Shown: positions 1 through 9,604, counted from the stretch's first letter. The stretch is DNA of 56,447 nt from a virus (IMGVR_UViG_3300034061_006146:1-56447); one strand, 5' to 3'. The notes: generated from the sequence alone by a model not told the origin. A program made the numbers and translations.

Positions 1-2
1 AG

Positions 3-638
3 TTAGGCCAAGGCTCTTCTGGAGGTGCTCTGGTTAAGTACGAGCAACCCCAACCACCTGCGGTGATAGACAATAAGCCAAAAGAAAATGATGAACCTGA
101 GGTGAAGACCGAGGAACCTAAAGCTGCTGCTGGCGAATATGCATATACAGTAGTAGTTCGAGGAGACAAGCTCAGATTCATGGAAGGTCAACAAGAACGT
201 GGAGCGTATTCTGGCGGGGTTAAGTTTCTCTATAAAATATCAAATAACTTAACTAAAAAGATATCGGGAGAACAGATTGATAATAAGCCTAAAATCTGGG
301 CAGAAATCACAATGGCTGGTGTATTCGGAGATACTTTCAAAATGGTATTTGACGAATTTAACGAAAAGGAATTCAAATTTGGCGGAAATTTACTTGCTCA
401 AATACTGCCTTCTGTTGAATTAAGCTTTACTCCAGAAATTAATACTGTGTACTCAAAAGAAAAACCTGAACTTGATCTAGCTGACGTTATCAAGGCAACG
501 AACATAACTCTCGGAAGCAAATCTACATCTGAGATCAAGTCAATTCAAAAGCAAATACAAAAAGAACTGAGCGCTAGGGAACCTGATCAAAAAGAAAAGG
601 CCCCTGATAAACAAGTGGATCAGGCTCAGAATAAATAA
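3..638 (+). CDS. Hypothetical protein, 5'-truncated by the window edge
   Basis: The frame of the 63..638 ORF is open back to position 3 (LGQGSSGGALVKYEQPQPPAVIDNK...), so the real start lies upstream of the window. No motif recognised. Confidence 0.7.
   Translation, partial: LGQGSSGGALVKYEQPQPPAVIDNKPKENDEPEVKTEEPKAAAGEYAYTVVVRGDKLRFMEGQQERGAYSGGVKFLYKISNNLTKKISGEQIDNKPKIWAEITMAGVFGDTFKMVFDEFNEKEFKFGGNLLAQILPSVELSFTPEINTVYSKEKPELDLADVIKATNITLGSKSTSEIKSIQKQIQKELSAREPDQKEKAPDKQVDQAQNK
631..637 (+). promoter_or_regulatory. T4-like late promoter box ATAAATA
   Basis: ATAAATA ends 22 nt before the ATG at 660. T4 late consensus is TATAAATA and a gp55 homologue is in the window. Confidence 0.6.
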
Positions 639-659
639 CTAAAAAATAAAAGACATACG

Positions 660-1244
660 ATGGCAGGTCTACCACATTTTAAAAATTCAACAGCAGGTCC
701 TGGTAAGTACGAACCTATTTACCTTAATCAGTTCGAGGTTATCATTACCCCGCCACCTGCAGTGTCTGGAAAAATCGGTTTTGGTAATAACTTAATGCTT
801 GAGCACGTATTGAAAGTAACTAGCTTACCGGAATACGCAGGATCAGGATCAGCAGTTGTTATTCAAAACTATAAATTCTCACAAAGAACTTACGCACCAG
901 CAAAACCAGCTCAAACATATCATCAGTTCACAATTGATTTTGAGGTTAACTTGAACAATACTAACGATATGTACATTTACAATGCATTGAGAGCATGGGC
1001 TGATTTAATTTATAACCCATTAACTGGTCGTCAAGGATTAAAAACCGATTACGCAGATGCAAGCATTCAAGTAACTCAGTTCAACAGAGCAGGTTTAATC
1101 TTTAGAGATTTCATGTTCTCGCCAGTATTCATTGGCCCTAATAAAATGACTGAAACTGTTCTTGATTACACAAGTGAAGGTATCTATAAATTGACTGCAC
1201 AATTCACAGCAGACTCTTACACTGAATCAAGAATCGGACAATAA
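660..1244 (+). CDS. Tail tube protein, T4 gp19 family (or a tube-fold paralogue)
   Basis: 194 aa with N-terminal EPIYLNQFEVIITPP, 'IYNALRAWADLIYNPLTG..GLK.DY', 'QFNRAG', 'LDY' and a terminal F..D; this matches the gp19 pattern. Preceded by a late box. Confidence 0.75.
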   Translation: MAGLPHFKNSTAGPGKYEPIYLNQFEVIITPPPAVSGKIGFGNNLMLEHVLKVTSLPEYAGSGSAVVIQNYKFSQRTYAPAKPAQTYHQFTIDFEVNLNNTNDMYIYNALRAWADLIYNPLTGRQGLKTDYADASIQVTQFNRAGLIFRDFMFSPVFIGPNKMTETVLDYTSEGIYKLTAQFTADSYTESRIGQ

Positions 1245-1262
1245 AAATAATCATCTAAAAGT

Positions 1263-1922
1263 ATGGACATGTTCAACACCAAAGACAGACGTAATCTTTC
1301 AATGGATGATTACATGAATCCAAAGAAACCTAGTTTCGGAGGACCAAATTCAAAGAAAGACTTTGATACATCAAAAAAAGAAACATTGAAAGGCTACCAG
1401 CGAGTAATTGACAGAAATGCCGATTTTGAAGGTGGAAAATTCAACCATAATTATGACCCAACATGGAAGGCGGTAACTCGTGACTTAATTTCAAGAACGG
1501 CAAAGAAAAAACCATTTGAACCAATGTACGCAAAACCAACAATTGCAACAGTTGACGCTGTTGAAGAAGGAAAAATCCTTCGATTTGAACAATTCGTTAA
1601 CGAAGATTTCAACATGTTCGCTGAGGCAGAAGAAGATATGCCAGCAAACGATGATATGCCAGCTAATGACGATATGCCGTCTGATGAGCCGGTAATCGAT
1701 GAAGAACAATTAGCCGCTTTAATGGAAGACTTTGGAGATGATCTTAAAGACATCATCGAAGACATCGCTGAAAAGATGGAAATGGAAAAAGAAGATCTTT
1801 GCGATCTATTATGTGCAGCAGTTAAAAAACTTTGTACAGAAGAGAATGATGAAGACGGAAATGAAGATGGCAACGAAGACGATGCAATCGGAGATGACGA
1901 CAATTCTGACGAAAACGCTTAA
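1263..1922 (+). CDS. Acidic hypothetical protein, possible prohead-core/internal head protein
   Basis: Very D/E-rich C-terminal half and an internal KILRFEQFVNE motif resembling the T4 capsid-targeting peptide. Follows the tube gene on the same strand. Confidence 0.55.
   Translation: MDMFNTKDRRNLSMDDYMNPKKPSFGGPNSKKDFDTSKKETLKGYQRVIDRNADFEGGKFNHNYDPTWKAVTRDLISRTAKKKPFEPMYAKPTIATVDAVEEGKILRFEQFVNEDFNMFAEAEEDMPANDDMPANDDMPSDEPVIDEEQLAALMEDFGDDLKDIIEDIAEKMEMEKEDLCDLLCAAVKKLCTEENDEDGNEDGNEDDAIGDDDNSDENA
1635..1688 (+). repeat. 3 x 18-bp coding tandem repeat (DMPAND/DMPAND/DMPSDE)
   Basis: gatatgccagcaaacgat / gatatgccagctaatgac / gatatgccgtctgatgag. Confidence 0.85.
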
Positions 1923-1928
1923 TTAAGA

Positions 1929-2276
1929 ATGATCAAGCTATTTGAACAGTGGTTAGCTGAAAAAGACGAAATGACTTCACCTGAAAAGGCGGAGCCGACT
2001 GCTTCTGCGAATCCTAATTCCTATAAACTTAGCATCTCAGCAGATGGTGCATCATTTGAAGTTGAAGGAACTAGCGATAAAGACTTCACTAGCAAAGAAG
2101 CTATCTCATTCACAGTAATAAATTCAACTAATTCAAGTATCAAGCCTAATGCAACGATAATGATTTCGCCAAAGGCCGATAAGGATGGAGATTTTGATAT
2201 TGTAGCTATTAACGACAAGAATAAACCTGAAGATGCAATGATTTATTCCGGTAAAGTAGTAAAATCAAAAGCGTAA
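1929..2276 (+). CDS. Hypothetical protein with N-terminal capsid-targeting-like peptide
   Basis: 115 aa starting MIKLFEQWLAE; compare T4 internal protein MKTYQEFIAE. Confidence 0.65.
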   Translation: MIKLFEQWLAEKDEMTSPEKAEPTASANPNSYKLSISADGASFEVEGTSDKDFTSKEAISFTVINSTNSSIKPNATIMISPKADKDGDFDIVAINDKNKPEDAMIYSGKVVKSKA

Positions 2277-2304
2277 TTGCATCTCATTTAATTAATAAAA
2301 CAAG

Positions 2305-2328
2305 AAAGGGGCTTAATGCCCCTTTTTT
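2305..2328. terminator. Intrinsic terminator between convergent genes, probably bidirectional
   Basis: aaaggggc-ttaat-gcccctttttt hairpin with T tract. It overlaps the stop codon of the 2313..2714 gene. Confidence 0.8.
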
Positions 2329-2714
2329 ATTGTCTCTACTCCAGCAAGTTCCCCAATTTCAAAGTCCCCGTCTATTAATTTGGGAACGAATTCGATTGTT
2401 CCATAAGCGGTATTTAAGAACTTGATTGTGTTATTGATATTACTAACACTGAGGCCAGCATTAACATAGATTATTCGGTTATACTTACGGTTCCTAACAT
2501 TAATTGCCTTATCGATTAGTTTCTTAATCTCATAGTTTATTAGGAATGCTTGGATCTTATTCGGCACTAGAATTTCGTGATCGAATTTTTCCTTTATTAT
2601 TTTATTTACATTCAGTAAATAGTCGCATTTTTGCTTTTTATTAAAAGCTTGAATGAATTGCTTTTGATCTCTTACAAAAACTATTTCAAGCTTTCTTTCT
2701 AATGAATCGATCAT
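2313..2714 (-). CDS. Hypothetical protein
   Basis: 133 aa, ATGA overlap with the deaminase stop. No intact motif. Confidence 0.7.
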   Translation of the reverse strand: MIDSLERKLEIVFVRDQKQFIQAFNKKQKCDYLLNVNKIIKEKFDHEILVPNKIQAFLINYEIKKLIDKAINVRNRKYNRIIYVNAGLSVSNINNTIKFLNTAYGTIEFVPKLIDGDFEIGELAGVETIKKGH

Positions 2715-3184
2715 AGAGTTTCTGGGTCGATTTTTTTAACTTCAACGCCAGCTCTTCGTAAAAAGTCTAGGCCGGCGATATCTCGGTATTCTTCTAAATA
2801 CACAACTCTTTTGATTCCTGCTTGTAGAATTAATTTGCTACAATCGGTACACGGAGAGTAGGTAATATAAAGAGTCGCCCCTTCGCTACTTTGTGTTGAT
2901 TTGGCAACCTTTGCTAAAGCATTGGACTCAGCATGCAAGACATACCATTTAGTTTGGTACTCCTTAAATGATCCATCCTCGTGATTTATTGCAATTTCAC
3001 ATTCATTTTCAAAGCCGGACGGTGTTCCATTGTAACCATCGGCAATAATCGTATTATTCTTTACAATTAGAGCTCCAACCTTTTTACGGATCGCATGAGA
3101 AAGACCTGACCATGTTTGGGCCATCTTGATGTACGTGACATCGATCATGTGTTGACGCTGTATGCTGGTTGAATTAACTGACAT
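2711..3184 (-). CDS. cd: dCMP deaminase
   Basis: KVGALIVK..IIADGYNGTPSG, zinc motifs HAE and SPCTDC, QAGIKRVVY. Confidence 0.95.
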   Translation of the reverse strand: MSVNSTSIQRQHMIDVTYIKMAQTWSGLSHAIRKKVGALIVKNNTIIADGYNGTPSGFENECEIAINHEDGSFKEYQTKWYVLHAESNALAKVAKSTQSSEGATLYITYSPCTDCSKLILQAGIKRVVYLEEYRDIAGLDFLRRAGVEVKKIDPETL

Positions 3185-4067
3185 TCTTATCTTCTTTTAA
3201 TTTTTCAAAAATCCATTTTAAAAGATCATTGTCTTGTTGAAATAACACAAGTTCATCAGTATGATTTGTTGCTGCTGCGAATACAATATTAAAATCTTCG
3301 CTTGAGGATCCGTCTATTTCTATCAAATCAGTAGTAATTGCAGGTAGAGTAACTGGGCCGAAGTCTGACCCTAGCATTCTTTGTGCTAAATCATAGTGTC
3401 TATCGTAAACATGATAAGAATTTGCAACATGAGTATATGTACCAAGTTCAAGATCTGGATAGATTTCCTTTAGATGAGCATGAATTTGCATCTGCAAAGA
3501 ACAAAAGAATGCTACATCGGTTGGAGTACCCCAAATAGCATCATTACTTCTCATGTAAACGCTCATGTATAACTTATTTTGACGAATGTGTAAATTCGCG
3601 TACATCGTACATACGAAATCCTTATTTGTCAAATACTGGTGATCAGGTTTGTTGAAATGAAGGATTGCTTGTCGAGTACTAGAGTCATTCATTAAACTTT
3701 GGATCGCCCATTGGTATTGAGTAATCCCATATTGATTCTTCTCATTAAAGATTAAATTGCCGTACGCTGAATTAGCGGTTCCGTCTGGGTTTTGAATGGT
3801 TTCCCAGAACTTTGCCCATTTTGAAATGAAGGCAACGTCATTACGGCCTGCGTAATACCATAGAAATTCAGCAGCAATGTACTTTTGTTGAGATCCTCTG
3901 ACCTCATTATCATACAAGCACTGAGTTGGATCATCAATTACTATTGCAACATCAAGCAATTCTTTACTTGTTGTGCCTCTAGCATTGTTAATCATCCCGT
4001 TTGTCAATAAGTGCTCTATTGACTGTTTATATGCTTGTGCAAACGTGTGCCCTTTAAATGTAATCAT
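3174..4067 (-). CDS. Thymidylate-synthase-superfamily enzyme, most like dCMP hydroxymethylase (T4 gp42)
   Basis: AEFLWY, NSAYG, D.STRQAI, catalytic DFVCT, MRSNDAIWGTPTD, SYHVYDRH. Has Asp where dUMP-specific TS has Asn (PFN). Confidence 0.8.
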   Translation of the reverse strand: MITFKGHTFAQAYKQSIEHLLTNGMINNARGTTSKELLDVAIVIDDPTQCLYDNEVRGSQQKYIAAEFLWYYAGRNDVAFISKWAKFWETIQNPDGTANSAYGNLIFNEKNQYGITQYQWAIQSLMNDSSTRQAILHFNKPDHQYLTNKDFVCTMYANLHIRQNKLYMSVYMRSNDAIWGTPTDVAFFCSLQMQIHAHLKEIYPDLELGTYTHVANSYHVYDRHYDLAQRMLGSDFGPVTLPAITTDLIEIDGSSSEDFNIVFAAATNHTDELVLFQQDNDLLKWIFEKLKEDKNVS

Positions 4068-4092
4068 ACTGTGGAAATAATACTATTCAAAT

Positions 4093-4119
4093 ATAATACT
4101 AAGAAAATGAGAAAAGGTT
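4093..4119 (-). promoter_or_regulatory. Putative early/middle promoter AACCT-N15-GTATTAT
   Basis: One of 9 fixed-spacing copies; upstream of the gp42-like gene. Confidence 0.55.
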
Positions 4120-4122
4120 AGC

Positions 4123-5784
4123 CTAAACGATCTTTAGGTCAGAAAAATGATCGGTGTTTTCAACCTGGATCTTGGTATCAAAATATTCTTCAGGTAGAGG
4201 ATCATGAGAAATCACGAAAACTGTCATGCCGTACTTTTTAGCAAAGGTTTTTAACAAATCGACTACCCTAAAAATTGAATCTACGTCTAGTGAAGAAAAG
4301 ACTTCATCAAGAAAGAGAAGATTCACCTTGTTGTGTTTTAATTTAATTAATTCCAAGATACAAAGCAAAACAATGAGATTCATTTTCTTTTGTTCACCAG
4401 CGGATAGCGAGTCTGGGGAAACTTGCATTCCCAAATGAGTTATGATTGGATTGAATTCTAAATCAAACTCAAATGCAAATTTAAACTCTAAAACTTTAGC
4501 AGTCTTTAGTATCTTTTTGTTCAATAATGGAATGATTTGGCTCATTAGCATCTTTTTCATGCCATTATCTGACAAGATCATTTCCATTTCTTGAGAAACT
4601 TTCAATTTTTCTTGTCTGTCAGATAGACTAGAATTAGATGATTGAATTTCTGTCTTAATGTTATTAATTACCTCAGTCAAATGTTTATCAGAGGTTTGAT
4701 TACTCTGACGACTCAATTCAGAAACTTCACGTTTAACTGCAGTTATTTGAGCTTCAATTTGATAGTATTTTCCTTTAGCTTCGCCTGATTCATTTTCAAC
4801 AGCAGATAAAGTCTTTTCATGAGCCTTTATTCGGTCAGAGATTTCCGGAAAAGCCGATTCTTGTTCAGCCTTTTTTGCGACCAATTTATCTTTAATTTGA
4901 GAATGCACTTCATCAGTTAGGTCAGAGAGACAGTGTGGACATTTATTTTTATTGTAAATATCAAGCTTCTTTTGAATTTCAGAAATATTTGCCCTAACTG
5001 TACTTAGCTTTTCTTGCTCAGATCGAATACTCTGTCTAATTTCTGAAATTTTACCAGAAAAACTGCTAGCTTCAGTATGTGCAGTCTTTTTATCATTTAC
5101 TAATTGGTCAAGTGTGGAGTTAAGTTCAGTTATCTTTGCCTCATTGCTGGTTTTTATTTCAGACTTTAGGGCTTCAAGCTGAGAGATTGAAGATTCTAAG
5201 AGTCTCTGATTGCTAGCAATTGCCGATTCAAGCGGTAAAATTTCGCCCTTAATCTTTTTTGACTCCTCCTTTGCGACCTTTGACATGTCATTGACTATGT
5301 CTAGCCCGAATATTTTATCAATGATTTGGCGTTTATCAGCTGGACTAAGTTTAACAAAGCTCTTAAAGTCGTTTACTGATAAACTGATCGTATTTGAGAA
5401 AACATTAAAAGGAATTTTCGTTAATTCGTCCTCAATGAATTCATCTACTCTTCTTTTATCTGGAAGATTGTATTCGACTCCATCAATTGATAGTTTAGAA
5501 AAATTAGGCTCAATACCTCTTTCGATATCAATAAGTTGACCGTTTCCGGTAACAAATTTTATTTGAGTATAGGCATTCTTATTAATACGATTAGGTATTT
5601 CCTTGGTCTTACGAATTGCGGATTTACCGTAAATTGAAACGGTTAAAGCATCTGAGATTGAGGATTTTCCACTGCCGTTTTTACCTTGAACCAATACAAG
5701 GCGAGGCTCATCAGTAAATTTGAAAGTTTGTAATTTATTTCCGTATGAGCAAATGTTTCTAAAAGAAAATTCTTGTATCTTCAT
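4123..5784 (-). CDS. gp46: Recombination endonuclease ATPase subunit (gp46/SbcC/Rad50)
   Basis: Walker A GKNGSGKS, coiled coils, zinc hook CPHC, signature LSAGE, Walker B FLDE, VISH loop. Confidence 0.95.
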   Translation of the reverse strand: MKIQEFSFRNICSYGNKLQTFKFTDEPRLVLVQGKNGSGKSSISDALTVSIYGKSAIRKTKEIPNRINKNAYTQIKFVTGNGQLIDIERGIEPNFSKLSIDGVEYNLPDKRRVDEFIEDELTKIPFNVFSNTISLSVNDFKSFVKLSPADKRQIIDKIFGLDIVNDMSKVAKEESKKIKGEILPLESAIASNQRLLESSISQLEALKSEIKTSNEAKITELNSTLDQLVNDKKTAHTEASSFSGKISEIRQSIRSEQEKLSTVRANISEIQKKLDIYNKNKCPHCLSDLTDEVHSQIKDKLVAKKAEQESAFPEISDRIKAHEKTLSAVENESGEAKGKYYQIEAQITAVKREVSELSRQSNQTSDKHLTEVINNIKTEIQSSNSSLSDRQEKLKVSQEMEMILSDNGMKKMLMSQIIPLLNKKILKTAKVLEFKFAFEFDLEFNPIITHLGMQVSPDSLSAGEQKKMNLIVLLCILELIKLKHNKVNLLFLDEVFSSLDVDSIFRVVDLLKTFAKKYGMTVFVISHDPLPEEYFDTKIQVENTDHFSDLKIV

Positions 5785-5786
5785 GA

Positions 5787-6278
5787 TTAAAAGTATGTAA
5801 GTTCGCGATTCGCTGCGATATCTTGAGTTGTATAAAATTTATAGAGCTTAGATTCAGAATCGTATTCCCAAGTAATGTTAGGAGTTTCACTTTGACGATA
5901 CATGGACCCAAATCCTAATAATATTGCATGAGAAGCAACGCTTAGTAATTTAGTTGGATTCGCAACCTCAATTAGAATCGCTTTAAATTGCTCCTGGGTT
6001 ATTAAACCTCGGTCTAGTCTCTCTTGTAAATCAAGCTCAGCGATCTTAGCTGCGAACTGTCTTTCCTTTTCAATTCCATCTGGGTTAACGAATAATTTTC
6101 GACCTAAATTAGAGTCATTTTTATCAATTAAGATTTGAAGTTTTTGACTGATTGGTAACCATGTACAAAATTCAACGATTGAATCTCTGTATAATGGAGC
6201 ATTTGTAAATACGCCAAATTCTTTATCATTGACTGGTTTTACGTAAAGCGTATTTAAGATCTTTGGAGCTTTATTCAT
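5787..6278 (-). CDS. SET-domain-like protein with degenerate catalytic motifs
   Basis: LYVK....EFGVFTNAPLYRDSIVEFC at the N-terminus; LGFGSMYRQSETPN (canonical LGYGSLYNHS..PN); FYTTQDIAANRELTYF (canonical F.A.RDI..GEELT.DY). Confidence 0.65.
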   Translation of the reverse strand: MNKAPKILNTLYVKPVNDKEFGVFTNAPLYRDSIVEFCTWLPISQKLQILIDKNDSNLGRKLFVNPDGIEKERQFAAKIAELDLQERLDRGLITQEQFKAILIEVANPTKLLSVASHAILLGFGSMYRQSETPNITWEYDSESKLYKFYTTQDIAANRELTYF

Positions 6279-7383
6279 GAGATCCTTCCTGTTTTACGAT
6301 GTTATGAATCTCAACGAACTTTCTAGCAAGATCAGTCTTAAATGTTTGAGAATAGTCCTTTGATTTAATAAAGCTCTTGAAAATATCAATTACGTTGAAT
6401 TGATCTTCGGGATTAAAGTCAGAACCAGTCGAGTCTTCTTTGACTTGATCAACATAGGTAAAGAATTCAATTTTTCGGTGGGTTGATTTAGAGACAGCCT
6501 CAATGAATCGAGTAACTGGAAACTTATTGACGAAATTAACGCTTATCATTACATCAACGAAAGCATTATTTAAACTTGAAACTACCTGATCAGCCGGCAT
6601 CTCTAATAGCTCATAAATATCAAACTTCTTATAAACTGGAGATTGAGTATTTTCAATGAATCTTTCTGAAATTGAGTCATTAGTAAGGGTTAATTCATAA
6701 AATCCTTTAACATTATCTCTATCTCCACGATCCATCTGATATGGGGTTCCAGTATAGAGCACATTTTTAAATTCCTGACGGTGGTGAATGTGGCCAGCGT
6801 AAACTCTTTTATAAGAAGTTAACATGTCAACTTCTATTCCATGCTCGACTTTTGTCCACTTGTTAAATCTCAATCCTTTAATGTCTGCATGGCAAACTAT
6901 ATACTCACAAAGATCTTGATGATCAGTTATTATCTGATTGATACGATTCGTGTCTTCAACCCAAGGTAACATTAAAAAATTATGAGTTCCATTAATTGTC
7001 AGAATTTCAGGATTCTCAAAAACATGAATGTTATCAGCGATATGAGAAATTGCTTTAAGCGAGTGAACTACGTTTCGATCTTTATAGTACACGTCATGAT
7101 TTCCAATAATAATGTAGATTCCACGCTTAAATTTTTCAGATAGCCTCTTGAAAATGGTTAGGGCTTCATCATGAATTCTAACATTGATTGACTCTCGAGA
7201 ATGAAAAATGTCTCCTTCTAAAAAGAGAACATCGCGGTCTTCATCAAAGTCTTCATCAACCTTATTCAATAAAAAGTCCAGTAGAAAGTCTTTTTGAATT
7301 TGAAGCCATTCTACTGAATTGTTTTTTATTCCAAGGTGAAGATCTCCAACTAAAGTTATTTTTCTAATGTTAGTTAGTTTCAT
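6271..7383 (-). CDS. gp47: Recombination endonuclease nuclease subunit (gp47/SbcD/Mre11)
   Basis: Metallophosphoesterase motifs GDLHLG, GDIFH, GNHD, H, GHIH and YTGTPYQ; upstream of gp46. Confidence 0.95.
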   Translation of the reverse strand: MKLTNIRKITLVGDLHLGIKNNSVEWLQIQKDFLLDFLLNKVDEDFDEDRDVLFLEGDIFHSRESINVRIHDEALTIFKRLSEKFKRGIYIIIGNHDVYYKDRNVVHSLKAISHIADNIHVFENPEILTINGTHNFLMLPWVEDTNRINQIITDHQDLCEYIVCHADIKGLRFNKWTKVEHGIEVDMLTSYKRVYAGHIHHRQEFKNVLYTGTPYQMDRGDRDNVKGFYELTLTNDSISERFIENTQSPVYKKFDIYELLEMPADQVVSSLNNAFVDVMISVNFVNKFPVTRFIEAVSKSTHRKIEFFTYVDQVKEDSTGSDFNPEDQFNVIDIFKSFIKSKDYSQTFKTDLARKFVEIHNIVKQEGSHE

Positions 7384-8061
7384 TTAGAATATTTTATAGT
7401 TCTTTCCGGTGTTTTCTAAGAATCCGTACTTATTGTTTAATTCTACCAATAAAACCTCCTTATTGTCATAAGTTAGCTGGTCGAATATTTTTTTGTACTC
7501 CATGTTGATCAAAGATGAAATTGAGTCAAGAACATGGATTGGATTTATGAATACGTTACCGGTTGCCCCATTCGCTAATCCTAGGGTTAGGATTTCAAAT
7601 ATTTCGTTGATCTCTGATTTAACGAATTTCTTTTTATCAGGTTCATTTCCGAGTATAGCCTTCACCCTTGAATTAGATTGGATGAATTCATATATGTCTC
7701 GTTGAACGATCTTAAGGTCGAGGCTCTCTGAGAACTTTTCTGGATCGTACATGTGGTAATCCGGAGAACCGCTATCTAGTTTTATTTCAGAACTGCTTGA
7801 TCTTGGAGTGCCTTCATCCTCGTCTTCGGCTGTATCCAGTCCAAAGTTATAGGTGTTGTTGAAGATTTTGTCATTCTTCTTTAGGTCGGCATAGGCTGAT
7901 CTACGACGTTCAAGTTCATCGTCGTCGTATTCATCTGTTAATAAATGATCGTCTGAGTATAAATCATCTTCGCTTTCAAATAAAAAATCTTCATCTTCAT
8001 GAGAATTTAACGAATTAAAATCGTCATCGTCTAAGCGGTCTTCATTTTGTCTAGGTATCAC
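7384..8061 (-). CDS. Hypothetical protein; acidic N-terminus, C-terminus possibly gp33-like
   Basis: D/E-rich first 90 aa. The hydrophobic pattern of NPIHVLDSISSLINMEYKKIFDQLTYDNKEVLLVEL recalls gp33 (weak). Confidence 0.5.
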   Translation of the reverse strand: MIPRQNEDRLDDDDFNSLNSHEDEDFLFESEDDLYSDDHLLTDEYDDDELERRRSAYADLKKNDKIFNNTYNFGLDTAEDEDEGTPRSSSSEIKLDSGSPDYHMYDPEKFSESLDLKIVQRDIYEFIQSNSRVKAILGNEPDKKKFVKSEINEIFEILTLGLANGATGNVFINPIHVLDSISSLINMEYKKIFDQLTYDNKEVLLVELNNKYGFLENTGKNYKIF

Positions 8062-8077
8062 ATTATTTGTGGTTTTT

Positions 8078-9601
8078 TTAAATCGAATTCAGCAGATCGT
8101 CATAGTCGCTAGCTGATTTGAATTGAGGAGCAGGTCGACTCATTGCCTCTTCCATTGTAATTAAATTAGGCGGCAATGTTGTGGTTTGAACTGTATGATA
8201 TTGGCTTCGCATTTGATTTTCAAGAGACTGAGTATCATCGTCATCCGAATAGAATTCAGAAGCAGGATCGGTCTCTTCAGTTAACTTAGCAAATTCATAA
8301 CTCATTCTATACATTTTAAAACTTTCAGTGTAACCGCCATCTCTGTTAGCAATTAGTTTAATCTTCATGCGCTTTTCCATAGGTCCTCTAATTAATCCAA
8401 ATAGAGAATCTACTGTATGCACAAGACCAAAGGACTCAGCAATATCGGACATGCTTAAGTCTTGATCATCAACTGCATCTCGTTTGATTTGAGTTGCTGT
8501 AATAATACACCACTCATTTCGAATCGCAACTGCTCTAAGTTCTTCTGAGATAACTTTAATCTTTTCATAAACGTTTCCCTGTTCTCTCATAGGTCTCATT
8601 AAGTTAATGTAATCAACGACTATTACTGTGAACTTTTTACCTGTATTCTGTTGAACTTTTAGAAAGTAATTTTCAACATCAATAGCCGAAGCAGTTCCAG
8701 TAGGAAATTCCTTTACAATAAGCTCTCCAAGAGTTGGAACGGTTTTCTTTAAGTTTTCCATCTTTTGTGCAACGTCAGAGGTTTGAGTCTTATCCAGTAA
8801 AGAATCGTAATCCTTGAACGGGATATCTAGAATCATTGAACCGAGTCGTTTCATGTACTTTCGATCAGATAATTCGAGTGTTGCGATTCCAACATTACAG
8901 CCAGAAACAAATGCTCTACCTGCAATATTTGAAAGTACCATTGATTTACCAACCTTAGGTCGACCTTGAAAAACAACTAGTGTTTTTGGGTTCCAACCTC
9001 CGCCTAATGTCTTATCGAAAAACTTAAATCCAGTTGGATTACCAATCTTTGATAATTGAACGTGATCTACTGGATTAAAGAAATCTAGGCCGGACTCGGC
9101 ATTCGTGAATGATACGTTTAATTTCTCATTGAATTTTTCTCTAACTTCATTAGTGATTAGTTCAACGTTTTCCGGATTAATTTCAGTTGTTTTTAAATAA
9201 GAAAGTACGTCAATTACTGACGCATTTAGATTCTTATAAAATATGAAAGCCTTTGTGTACTTGAATAAAAAATCGTAATTATAACTAGATAGGTCAACTG
9301 CAAATAGTGCATTGAACTTTGCTTCAGGAATATCTAAATTTGAAAGATTACAAAGTTCACGAAGCTCATTTCTGGTTGGAACATTTGAATATTCAACAAA
9401 AAACTTTTTTGCAACTCGATAGACTCTCTGTAACGTGTCATCATTGAAATAATGAGCTTTGACTAATGGTAGGATTTCGCGCTTGTCCATTGAATCATAG
9501 TTCTTTGGTTTTATCACGACATCTCCATCGTCTTCAGTCAAAACAAAGTTAAAGATTATTTTTTCGAGAAGCTCAATGTTCTCTTTAAAGTCTATCGTCA
9601 T
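8078..9601 (-). CDS. gp41: Replicative DnaB-like helicase (gp41)
   Basis: PTGFKFFDKTLGGG, Walker A GRPKVGKS, TLELS, LIVKEFPTG, VVDYINLM, TATQ, DIAESFGL. Confidence 0.95.
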   Translation of the reverse strand: MTIDFKENIELLEKIIFNFVLTEDDGDVVIKPKNYDSMDKREILPLVKAHYFNDDTLQRVYRVAKKFFVEYSNVPTRNELRELCNLSNLDIPEAKFNALFAVDLSSYNYDFLFKYTKAFIFYKNLNASVIDVLSYLKTTEINPENVELITNEVREKFNEKLNVSFTNAESGLDFFNPVDHVQLSKIGNPTGFKFFDKTLGGGWNPKTLVVFQGRPKVGKSMVLSNIAGRAFVSGCNVGIATLELSDRKYMKRLGSMILDIPFKDYDSLLDKTQTSDVAQKMENLKKTVPTLGELIVKEFPTGTASAIDVENYFLKVQQNTGKKFTVIVVDYINLMRPMREQGNVYEKIKVISEELRAVAIRNEWCIITATQIKRDAVDDQDLSMSDIAESFGLVHTVDSLFGLIRGPMEKRMKIKLIANRDGGYTESFKMYRMSYEFAKLTEETDPASEFYSDDDDTQSLENQMRSQYHTVQTTTLPPNLITMEEAMSRPAPQFKSASDYDDLLNSI

Positions 9602-9604
9602 AGT

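Noticed and set aside
1451-1903. 150-aa Ser-rich minus-strand ORF and other short antisense ORFs in the track (e.g. 5210..5539, 22359..22727, 27780..28187, 31140..31550, 32736..33224, 41634..41942)
   Set aside because: They lie opposite well-supported genes and their composition is the antisense shadow of the real codons.
4088-4095. TATATTTG, matching the Bacteroidota -7 promoter consensus TAnnTTTG
   Set aside because: Single instance with no TTTG -33 box. The other upstream regions share the AAACT-N15 motif instead.
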